Shown: positions 53,414 through 64,000 of the stretch, one piece after another
Position numbering within the stretch: the stretch's first letter is position 1
Layout of the letters: each line of letters opens with the position of its first letter
NCBI GenBank assembly: GCA_964016885.1
Contig: CAXHJY010001410.1
Span: 29,062-93,061 of the forward strand
Reading direction: 5' to 3'
From: Eledone cirrhosa
Taxonomy: Eukaryota
DNA: 64,000 nucleotides
Translations under genes and position numbers: made by a program
The notes under the pieces: model-generated
Told to the model about the DNA's origin: nothing
The model's input: the letters and a program-made list of their open reading frames with translations, nothing else
The model's database searches: none

Positions 53414-53460
53414 TGCCTTGATAAGTCCCACCATGGGGTCGGACGAAACGGCTGTCGGCA
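53414..53460 (+). ncRNA. Degenerate hammerhead motif
   Basis: TGCC-TTGATAA-GTCC..GGAC-GAAA-CGGCTG-TC-GGCA; stems intact, two substitutions in the CUGAUGA box. Confidence 0.5.
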
Positions 53461-53506
53461 ATAAACTTGTCATAATGTCATAATAGTTCCTTTGTTCTTT
53501 TTTTCA

Positions 53507-53545
<39 letters not shown>

Positions 53546-53549
53546 AGTG

Positions 53550-53680
53550 AAAGTGCATGGCTTAGTGGGCTTACAATCGTGAGGTTGTGAGACTGATTCT
53601 CGGACTAGGCTTTGCGTTGTGTCCTTGAGCAAGACACTTTATTTCACGTTGCTCCAGTTTACTCAACTGGAGAAAGGAGT
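53550..53680 (+). mobile_element. SINE head/core fragment (family A related)
   Basis: GCATGGCTTAGTGG..GTTGTGTCCTTGAGCAAGACACTTTATTTCACGTTGCTCCAG. Confidence 0.65.
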
Positions 53681-54023
53681 TTACCCAACTATGGGCCAAA
53701 TAGCCAGTTTATGGGTTAAATAGCCTCACCAACCCATAACTGACCAAGTGTGATGAATACTGCTACACCCCTGACATGACTAAAACCAAAACAGAAAATG
53801 GTGAAGGTGAATCAGGAAGGGGCTCCTCTAGTAGGAGTGAAAAGGCCCTGGATTTGGTTGGATATAAATATATATTTAGCTAAACGCCTTCCATCATAAT
53901 TTTATGTAAAAATGTAAAAACCTTTGAGTTACATTCCAAACACCAACTTAACGAAAAAGTTAGTTATATTTCCAAATCCCTCCAAATTGATTATTTTCAA
54001 AACTATCTGAAAACCATTGGGGA

Positions 54024-55626
54024 CACTGTCTTTCATTAGAAATATGGTAATGAAAGGCTTAAAGTGTTTATATTTATCTAAAAACCTCCCATCATAACTT
54101 TATGTAAGAACCTTTGTTAAGTTATGTTCCAAACACCAACAGTGTCTTTCATTAGAAATATGGTAATGAAAAGGTTAAAGTGTTTATATTTATCTAAAAA
54201 CCTCCCATCATAACTTTATGTAAGAACCTTTGTTAAGTTATGTTCCAAACACCAACAGTGTCTTTCATTAGAAATATGGTAATGAAAGGGTTAAAGTGTT
54301 TATATTTATCTAAAAACCTCCCATCATAACTTTATGTAAGAACCTTTGTTAAGTTATGTTCCAAACACCAACAGTGTCTTTCATTAGAAATATGGTAATG
54401 AAAAGGTTAAAGTGTTTATATTTATCTAAAAACCTCCCATCATAACTTTATGTAAGAACCTTTGTTAAGTTATGTTCCAAACACCAACAGTGTCTTTCAT
54501 TAGAAATATGGTAATGAAAAGGTTAAAGTGTTTATATTTATCTAAAAACCTCCCATCATAACTTTATGTAAGAACCTTTGTTAAGTTATGTTCCAAACAC
54601 CAACAGTATCTTTCATTAGAAATATGGTAATGAAAAGGTTAAAGTGTTTATATTTATCTAAAAACCTCCCATCATAACTTTATGTAAGAACCTTTAAGTT
54701 ATGTTCCAAACACCAACAGTGTCTTTCATTAGAAATATGGTAATGAAAAGGTTAAAGTGTTTATATTTATCTAAAAACCTCCCATCATAACTTTATGTAA
54801 GAACCTTTGTTAAGTTATGTTCCAAACACCAACAGTGTCTTTCATTAGAAATATGGTAATGAAAAGGTTAAAGTGTTTATATTTATCTAAAAACCTCCCA
54901 TCATAACTTTATGTAAGAACCTTTGTTAAGTTATGTTCCAAACACCAACAGTGTCTTTCATTAGAAATATGGTAATGAAAAGGTTAAAGTGTTTATATTT
55001 ATCTAAAAACCTCCCATCATAACTTTATGTAAGAACCTTTGTTAAGTTATGTTCCAAACACCAACAGTGTCTTTCATTAGAAATATGGTAATGAAAAGGT
55101 TAAAGTGTTTATATTTATCTAAAAACCTTCCATCATAACTTTATGTAAGAACCTTTGTTAAGTTATGTTCCAAACACCAACAGTGTCTTTCATTAGAAAT
55201 ATGGTAATGAAAAGGTTAAAGTGTTTATATTTATCTAAAAACCTCCCATCATAACTTTATGTAAGAACTTTTGTTAAGTTATGTTCCAAACACCAACAGT
55301 GTCTTTCATTAGAAATATGGTAATGAAAAGGTTAAAGTGTTTATATTTATCTAAAAACCTCCCATCATAACTTTATGTAAGAACCTTTGTTAAGTTATGT
55401 TCCAAACACCAACAGTGTCTTTCATTAGAAATATGGTAATGAAAGGGTTAAAGTGTTTATATTTATCTAAAAACTTTCCATCATAATTTTATGTAAGAAC
55501 CTTTGTTAAGTTATGTTCCAAACACCAACAGTGTCTTTCATTAGAAATATGGTAATGAAAGGGTTAAAGTGTTTATATTTATCTAAAAACTTTCCATCAT
55601 AATTTTATGTAAGAACCTTTGTTAAG
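54024..55626. repeat. 116-bp tandem array (~14 copies); further monomers to ~56475
   Basis: CAGTGTCTTTCATTAGAAATATGG.. starts at 54140, 54256, 54372... Confidence 0.93.
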
Positions 55627-56005
55627 TCTCAGATTTGATGTCGAACATGTAGCAGTGAAGACTTCTGGCATTTTTGGTCCTCAGACCACCCCACCTGCTT
55701 ACTACTATCACCTGTAGGGGGTGAGCTCCGAGTTCAAACACCAACAGTGTCTTTCAATAGAAATATGTTATTGAAAGAGTTGAAGTGTTTACATTTATCT
55801 AAAAATCTTCCATCATAAATTTCATGTAAGAGCCTTTGTTAAGTTATGTTCCAAATACACCAAATAATTAACAAGAAGGTTATTTATATTACAAAACCCC
55901 CTCCAAATTCTTAATTATATTTTAAAGTATTTGAAAACTATAGGGGAGGGTGTTTTTCAATAAATATATGGTAACGAAAGGGTTAAATAAAAATGTACAG
56001 CTCAC

Positions 56006-56186
56006 ACCTGTACTAGGTTTAGCTGACCCCTTATGAGGTTGCATCACATAGGAGTTTTTGCAAGTGTGTTTGTATTTTTTGTTTTGTTTTGTTTTTTCAA
56101 ACTCTTTCAACCATTACAACGGTACTTCTTTCATGGACCCCATTCCAAGCCAAAGAGTTTAAAACATAAAATCTTGTTGACTGAAC
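56006..56186 (-). other. Candidate non-coding 5' UTR exon of the ZNF gene
   Basis: Unique island inside the repeat, bounded by acceptor TATTTTTCTCTTTGCAG|G and donor GT|GTGAG. Confidence 0.4.
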
Positions 56187-56477
56187 CTGCAAAGAGAAAA
56201 ATAGAAATAATTAGAAATACAGTAATGAAAGGGTTAAAGTGTTTATATTTATCTAAAAACCTTCCATCATAACTTTATGTAAGAACCTTTGTTAAGTTAT
56301 GTTCCAAACACCAACACTGTCTTTCATTAGAAATATGGTAATGAAAGGGTTAAAGTGTTTATATTTATCTAAAAACTTTCCATCATAATTTTATGTAAGA
56401 ACCTTTGTTAAGTTATGTTCCAAACACCAAAACTGTCTTACATTAGAAATATGGTAATGAAAGGGTTAAAGTGTATA

Positions 56478-57245
56478 TCTATATATATAAAACTGTGGTT
56501 GTCTGTCTGTCTATCGATTTTTGGCACACATCTCCTCTTAGAATCTCTCACGGAATTTCACCGAAATTGCTATACTTGTACATTGAGCCCTAGCGAAGAC
56601 ATCGGAAAAAAAATATTTCAAATTGACCCACCCTATGTGACGAAATCGAATATAATGTATCGATTTTTGAGCGTAAGTTATCAGTTATTTCCCTTTGTTC
56701 TGTTTACATTGAGCGTCTTACGTAAAAAATTACGCTGGCTTTCTCAGCGTTTAAAATGACATTAACACAATACGTTCGAACACTAAGCTTCCGTTTTGCT
56801 TCATTTCCATTTAAAAGCATTTTAAAACAATATTTTTACTTGAAAACAAGTCTATTTAAAGACTACGTAAAACAAGCAAATATTTCAGGCGTGCAGACAG
56901 ACAGTCGTGCAGAGAGGTGATATAGGCGTGCAGACAGACATAACTGATAATTTGGTTACGCTAATGTTTTTCTCTGCGTTGCAGTGTTTACATTTTCGAT
57001 CTTTGTTAATAAATAACCAGTGCAGTTTTTATCCCCAGCATCCTCTTTTGTTATAACATTCGGGTTATCGTTATGTTTTCTTAACTTCATAAGGCATATT
57101 GTTGGTTGAGGGAATATTAATCAAAAACACCACATGCAAGTCTGCACAGTAGACATTACAGTTTTTAAGCCAAAAAAGAAACTTAACATTGTAACTTTAA
57201 CACAGCTACTGAGCGACCCCGAGCAACGCCGGGCTTTACTGCTAG
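56478..57245 (+). mobile_element. Non-autonomous Helitron
   Basis: Starts A|TC-TATATATATAAAACTG; ends with hairpin CCCG..CGGG followed by CTGCTAG|T; no TSD. Confidence 0.75.
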
Positions 57246-57329
57246 TATATATATAAAGTAAATAAGTAAAGAAATAGATAAATAGAGAGAAGATTGCACT
57301 AGCATAAGCATATATAAGTAGATGGGACT

Positions 57330-57545
57330 GTGAAAGGTATAAAAAGGTGCTGACTGCTGTGGAGTGGATGAAAGCTGTAGAAGAGGGAGACCAAGGAAGA
57401 CATGGGACGAAGTTGAGAAGATATCTCAAGATACTGGACTTCATAAAGGAGATGACACAAGATAAGGGTGGCTGGCAATTTGCCATAAAACAAAACACCT
57501 GTCCATCAGTTCATGCTCAGCAGCAAGGCTAAAAGTAAACGTGGT
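57330..57545 (+). mobile_element. Decayed RTE 3' fragment
   Basis: GGGAGACCAAGGAAGACATGGGACGAAGTT encodes GRPRKTWDEV. Confidence 0.6.
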
Positions 57546-57761
57546 GAGAGGTCAGAGGTTACATGGCGTCTAAAAAGGTCTAAGGCTCATCAGGCTGGTG
57601 TTTGTCTCAGTTTCTGTGGCATTAAGCGACTGTGAGTTGGAATGGCTCTTCCAGCGCATCACTCTTATCCTCCGGGCAAACGCCTTCCCCATTCTTTCGT
57701 CTGGCAGGGCTGTGGAGTGGCCAGCGCATGGGACCCCATGGGGGAAGTGACAGTGGGAGGG

Positions 57762-59232
57762 TGAGAGAGATGGAGGTGATGACAGTGGGAGTTTGGCTCC
57801 TCTGTGTTCGAACCTGGTGTACATGTGAGAGATGGGGAGGGCGAGAGAGATGGGGGTGATGACAGTGGGAGTTCAGGTCCTCTGTGTTCGAACCTGGTGT
57901 ACGTGAGAGATGGGGAGGGCGAGAGAGATGGAGGTGATGACAGTGGGAGTTTGGCTCCTCTGTGTTCGAACCTGGTGTACGTGAGAGATGGGGAGGGCGA
58001 GAGAGATGGAGGTGATGACAGTGGGAGTTTGGCTCCTGTGTGTTTGAACCTGGTGTACGTGTGAGATGGGGAGGGCGAGAGAGATGGAGGTGATGACAGT
58101 GGGAGTTTGGCTCCTCTGTGTTCGAACCTGGTGTACGTGTGAGATGGGGAGGGCGAGAGAGATGGATGTGATGACAGTGGGAGGTCAGGTCCTCTGTGTT
58201 CGAACCTGGTGTACGTGAGAGATGGGGAGGGCGAGAGAGATGGATGTGATAACAGTGGGAGGTCAGGTCCTCTGTGTTCGATCCTGGTGTACATGTGAGA
58301 TGGGGAGGGCGAGAGAGATGGGGGTGATGACAGTGGGTGTTTGGCTCCTCTGTGTTCGAACCTGGTGTACGTGAGAGATGGGGAGGGCGAGAGAGATGGA
58401 GGTGATGACAGTGGGAGTTTGGCTCCTCTGTGTTCGAACCTGGTGTACATGTGAGATGGGGAGGGCGAGAGAGATGGAGGTGATGACAGTGGGAGTTCAG
58501 GTCCTCTGTGTTTGAACCTGGTGTACGTGAGAGATGGGGAGGGCGAGAGAGATGGAGGTGATGACAGTGGGAGTTCAGGTCCTCTGTGTTCGAACCTGGT
58601 GTACGTGAGAGATGGGGAGGGCGAGAGAGATGGGGGTGATGACAGTGGGAGTTTGGCTCCTGTGTGTTTGAACCTGGTGTACGTGAGAGATGGGGAGGGC
58701 GAGAGAGATGGAGGTGATGACAGTGGGAGTTCAGGTCCTCTGTGTTCGAACCTGGTGTACGTGAGAGATGGGGGAGGGCGAGAGAGATGGAGGTGATGAC
58801 AGTGGGAGTTCAGGTCCTCCGTGTTCGAACCTGGTGTACATGAGAGATGGGGAGGGCGAGAGAGATGGATGTGATGACAGTGGGAGTTCAGGTCCTCTGT
58901 GTTCGAACCTGGTGTACGTGAGAGATGGGGAGGGTGAGAGAGATGGAGGTGATGACAGTGGGAGTTTGGCTCCTCTGTGTTCGAACCTGGTGTACGTGAG
59001 AGATGGGGAGGGCGAGAGAGATGGAGGTGATGACAGTGGGAGTTTGGCTCCTCTGTGTTCGAACCTGGTGTACGTGAGAGATGGGGAGGGCGAGAGAGAT
59101 GGAGGTGATGACAGTGGGAGTTTGGCTCCTCTGTGTTTGAACCTGGTGTACGTGAGAGATGGGGAGGGCGAGAGAGATGGGGGTGATGACAGTGGGAGTT
59201 TGGCTCCTCTGTGTTCGAACCTGGTGTACGTG
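57762..59232. repeat. 78-bp G-rich tandem array (~19 copies)
   Basis: Unit GTGAGAGATGGGGAGGGCGAGAGAGATGGAGGTGATGACAGTGGGAGTTTGGCTCCTCTGTGTTCGAACCTGGTGTAC. Confidence 0.93.
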
Positions 59233-59866
59233 TGTGTGCATGTTTACTATCTTATCATATAGACATATTTATTCTCCATCTTCATTCCTTCATTAACTGT
59301 AATCTATATACAATTAAAATTCTGTGATTGTTTGCTCGTCTGTAACGTAATACAGCCAAAAAGGGGTGCATAATGGGAAAATACTTTGAAAGGAAGTTGC
59401 CCCTGACATCATCATCATCATCGTTTTACGTCCGTTCTTCCACGCTAGCATGGGTTAGACGAGTTCTCCTGTTGTGGGCAGTGTCCGGTCGGCTGACCAT
59501 GCCTTGTTCAACGGGAACTGATTCTGGCTTGATTTCTACAGCTGGATGCCCTTCCTCATTTAGTGCTGGCTACTTTTTTCCGTGGCGCCTACACGTCCAC
59601 TTTACAGTGTGGGCTGGGTGCTTTTTTGCCGTGGCACCTCCACGACCACCTTGCAGTGGGAGGGTGTAGGGGCGTATTGTTTATATGCTTCAGCTTCGGC
59701 TTGTTCCTGTGGGGGGAATACAAATGGAATAAAACAAGTTTTGCGTAAATTGAAGCACAGGTTCCCGAGATATGGGGTTTTACAGGGTACCTTCATAAAC
59801 AGAGACAGAGAGATAGAGAGGAAGAGATAGAGACGGTGGTGGTGTTGTGTGTATATATATAGTAAT

Positions 59867-60210
59867 GGAGGCACATGGCTTAGTGGTTAGAGCATTGGCC
59901 TTGCAATCGAAAGGTTGTGAGTTCAATTCTCAGACCGGGTGATGTGTTGTTTCCTTGAGCAAGACACTTTATTTCACATTGTTCCAGTTTACTCAGCTGT
60001 AGAAATGAGATGATAGGGACTGGGGTCCATATCATTCCACTGCAAAGTGGTCGTGGAGGTGCCACGGCAAAAAAGCACCCACCACTCACTGTAAATGAGG
60101 TTGGTGTTAGGAAGGGCATCCAACTGTAGAAATCAAGCCAGAATCAGTTCCCGTCCCACCCTTGCAAGCAGGGAAAAAGCGGACGTAAAATGAAATGATG
60201 ATGATGATGA
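59867..60210 (+). mobile_element. SINE family A
   Basis: Near-identical to the reverse complement of 539-880. Confidence 0.85.
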
Positions 60211-60296
60211 TATATATATATATGTGAGCGTGCCTATGACCAGTGTATATAGACCACAGACACCCATAATATATATATTATGGGGGTCCCTATCAT

Positions 60297-62040
60297 TCCA
60301 CTGTAAAGTGGTCGTGGAGGTGTCACGACAAAAAGTACCCAGTTCACACTGTAAAGTGGTCATGTAGGTGTCACAACAAAAAGTACCCAGTTCACACTGT
60401 AAAGTGGTCATGTAGGTGTCACAATAAAAAGCACCCAGCCCACACTGTAAAGTGGTCATGTAGGTGTCCCAACAAAAGCACCCAGTCCACACTGTAAAGT
60501 GGTCATGTAGGTGACACAACAAAAAGCACCCAGTCCACACTGTAAAGTGGTCATGTAGATGGCATGACAAAAAGCATCCAGCCCACACTGTAAAGTGGAC
60601 GTGTAGGTGTCACAACAAAAAGTACCCAGTCCACACTGTAAAGTGGTCATGTAGGTGGCATGACAAAAAGCATCCAGCCCACACTGTAAAGTGGACGTGT
60701 AGGTGTCACAACAAACAACACCCAGTCCACACTGTAAAGTGGTCATGTAGGTGTCAATAAAAAGCACCCAGTCCACACTGTAAAGTGGTCATGTAGGTGT
60801 CACAACAAAAAGTACCCAGTCCACACTGTAAAGTGGTCTTGTAGGTGTCACAACAAAAAGCGCCCAGTCCACACTGTAAAGTGGTCATGTAGGTGTCCCA
60901 ACAAAAGCACCCAGTCCACACTGTAAAGTGGTCATGTAGGTGACACAACAAAAAGTACCCAGCCCACACTGTAAAGTGGTCTTGTAGGTGTCACAACAAA
61001 AAGCGCCCAGTCCACACTGTAAAGTGGTCATGTAGGTATCCCAGCAAAAGCACCCAGTCCACACTGTAAAGTGGTCATGTAGGTGACACAACAAAAAGCA
61101 CCCAGTCCACACTGTAAAGTGGTCATGTAGGTGGCATGACAAAAAGCATCCAGCCCACACTGTAAAGTGGACGTGTAGGTGTCACAACAAAAAGTACCCA
61201 GTCCACACTGTAAAGTGGTCATGTAGGTGGCATGACAAAAAGCATCCAGCCCACACTGTAAAGTGGACGTGTAGGTGTCACAACAAAAAGCACCCAGTCC
61301 ACACTGTAAAGTGGTCATGTAGGTGGCATGACAAAAAGCATCCAGCCCACACTGTAAAGTGGACGTGTAGGTGTCACAACAAACAACACCCAGTCCACAC
61401 TGTAAAGTGGTCATGTAGGTGTCAATAAAAAGCACCCAGTCCACACTGTAAAGTGGTCATGTAGGTGTCACAACAAAAAGTACCCAGTCCACACTGTAAA
61501 GTGGTCTTGTAGGTGTCACAACAAAAAGCGCCCAGTCCACACTGTAAAGTGGTCATGTAGGTGTCCCAACAAAAGCACCCAGTCCACACTGTAAAGTGGT
61601 CATGTAGGTGACACAACAAAAAGTACCCAGCCCACACTGTAAAGTGGTCTTGTAGGTGTCACAACAAAAAGCGCCCAGTCCACACTGTAAAGTGGTCATG
61701 TAGGTGTCCCAGCAAAAGCACCCAGTCCACACTGTAAAGTGGTCATGTAGGTGACACAACAAAAAGCACCCAGTCCACACTGTAAAGTGGTCATGTAGGT
61801 GGCATGACAAAAAGCATCCAGCCCACACTGTAAAGTGGACGTGTAGGTGTCACAACAAAAAGTACCCAGTCCACACTGTAAAGTGGTCATGTAGGTGGCA
61901 TGACAAAAAGCATCCAGCCCACACTGTAAAGTGGACGTGTAGGTGTCACAACAAAAAGCACCCAGTCCACACTGTAAAGTGGTCATGTAGGTGGCATGAC
62001 AAAAAGCATCCAGCCCACACTGTAAAGTGGACGTGTAGGC
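60297..62040. repeat. 47/48-bp array (~36 copies) with a 668-bp higher-order duplication, followed by RTE/SINE tail to 62236
   Basis: Identical ORF translations at 60754/61422 and 60885/61553 are offset by 668 bp. Confidence 0.92.
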
Positions 62041-62302
62041 GCCATGGGAGAAAAGCACCCAGCACTCCCTGTAAATGAGGTTGGTGTTAGGAAGGGCATC
62101 CAGCTGTAGAAATCAAGCCAGAATCAGTTCTCGTATGAGCAAGACAAGGTCAGCCAACCGGACATGCCAACAGGATAACCCGTCTAACCCATGCTAGCAT
62201 GGAAGAATGGACGTAAAACGGTGATGATGATGATGATATACACACATATATATATATATATGTATACAAGCATATACATTTATATATATACATACACACA
62301 CG

Positions 62303-62335
<33 letters not shown>

Positions 62336-62796
62336 GGACCTTCCAGTTTCATTGCATCTTATATACGTCTGTATATTTTAATTATTTAAAAATCATTAAG
62401 TGAACAAATGTTTTAAATATTATGAAGTGAATGTGACCGACATATATATATATATATGGTGGCTGCCCCCTCGTTATCGAGTATGGTCATTGTACAATAT
62501 AACATTATTAATAATTATCAATTAATGGTATCGTGCAATGCCTGTGCATGTAGAAAGACTGTTCACTGAGCCAATCCCACTCTCTGAGCGACAGTAGCTA
62601 TAACCCGAAAAGAAGAAAAGATCAACATCATCAGTAAGTACTGAGCCGCAGGTTTTATTTTGGAGCTATCCCAGTTTCCTGAGTTGCCTTGTCTTAGAAG
62701 AATGCCCTGATAAGGGCTAGGGGTCCTTCACTTCTAGTGGTTTAACCATGTGATCGGGTATCCAGCCTGATTATTTCAATGTCCCCAATATATATA

Positions 62797-64000
62797 TCAT
62801 CATCATCGTTTAACGTACATCTTCCACGCTAGCATGGAACGGGTTGTTCCATTTGATGCGGGAATGGTCGGAGACCATGTCTTGCTCGCACGGAAGCATC
62901 ACTGACAGGTTTTTTTTACAGCTGGATCCCCTTCCTAACACCAACCAGATTTACAGTGTGGACTGGGAGCCTTTTTACTGTGTCTCCTACATGATCACTT
63001 TACAGTGTGGACTGGGAGCCTTTTTACTGTGTCTCCTACATGATCACTTTACAGTGTGGACTGGGAGCCTTTTTACTGTGTCTCCTACATGACCACTTTA
63101 CAGTGTGGACTGGGAGCCTTTTCACCTTGTCTCCTACACAGCCACCTTACAGAGTGGACTGGGTGCCTTTTCATTGTGTCTCCTACACGACCACCTTACA
63201 AAGTAGACTGGGAGCCTTTTTACCATGTCTTCCTACATGACCACCTTACAGTGTGGACTGGGAGCCTTTTTACCATGTCTCCTACATGACCACCTTACAG
63301 TGTGGACTGGGAGCCTTTTTACCATGTCTCCTACATGACCACTCTACAGTGTGGACTGGGAGCCTTTTTACTGTGTCTCCTACATGACCACTTTACAGTG
63401 TGGACTGGGAGCCTTTTTACTGTGTCTCCTACATGACCACTTTACAGTGTGGACTGGGAGCCTTTTTACTGTGTCTCCTATACGACCACCTTACAGTGTG
63501 GACTGGGAGCCATTTCACTGTGTCTCCTACACGACCACCTTACAGTGTGGACTGGGAGCCTTTTACCCTGTCTCCTACATGACCACATTACAGTGTGGAC
63601 TGGGAGCCTTTTTACCGTGTTCCTACATGACCACTTTACAGTGTGGACTGGGAGCCTTTTTACCAAGTCTCCTACATGACCACCTTACAGTGTGGACTGG
63701 GAGCCTTTTTACCATGTCTCCTACATGACCACCTTACAGTGTGGACTGGGAGCCTTTTTACCATGTCTCCTACATGACCACTTTACAGTGTGGACTGGGA
63801 GCCTTTTTACCATGTCTCCTACATGACCACTTTACAGTGTGGACTGGGAGCCTTTTCACTGTGTCCCCTACATGACCACTTTACAGTGTGTACTGTTGTG
63901 TCATCGACACAGTGGACGGAATGGGAGAGGGAGTATGGGGTAGGGTGTGTGGGGTGAGGTGTACATTGGGTTAAGAGGTGCCTACCGACTGTAGGTTTGT
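62797..64000 (-). mobile_element. RTE 3' UTR with 49-bp array (~19 copies, 62950-63890); runs off the window end
   Basis: (CAT)n tail, CCCTTCCTAACACCAACC, array, then sequence matching the reverse complement of 6065-6168. Confidence 0.85.

Larger units (their letters stand above)
59303..62440 (+). mobile_element. Helitron-like element fragmented by nested insertions
   Basis: A|TCTATATAC start; segments 59376-59400, 59714-59860, ~60230-60267 and 62335-62440 are colinear with 6994-7600. Confidence 0.5.

Noticed and set aside
57665-59262. Ser/Pro-rich and Gly/Asp-rich repeat ORFs
   Set aside because: The 78-bp unit stays open on both strands by arithmetic, frameshifts occur between units, and there is no splice or start context.

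Overview
AT-rich, microsatellite-dense eukaryotic DNA. The SINE and LINE families and the low-complexity C2H2 gene suggest an octopus or other coleoid cephalopod (inference). Two host genes are supported, both on the minus strand: a two-exon RDH11-14-type short-chain dehydrogenase (10297-9956 joined to 5851-5186, 335 aa) and a 779-aa multi-C2H2 zinc-finger ORF (53168-50829). About 25.6 kb (16598-42180) is a single ~43-bp satellite. The rest is mostly RTE and CR1 LINE fragments, tRNA-derived SINEs, Helitrons, MITEs and Penelope-like remnants. Two patterns stand out beyond routine annotation. (1) There are about 10 minimal type I hammerhead ribozyme motifs with intact core boxes, plus interrupted or decayed ones, from at least 7 sequence families. 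Most sit in fold-back inverted repeats, and three lie in sense orientation inside the RDH intron. (2) Most tandem arrays here trace to a transposon seed. The giant satellite begins in-frame inside an RTE reverse-transcriptase motif (LLYGSETW...LDGTYT). All coordinates and copy numbers were read by eye, and no searches or folding programs were run.
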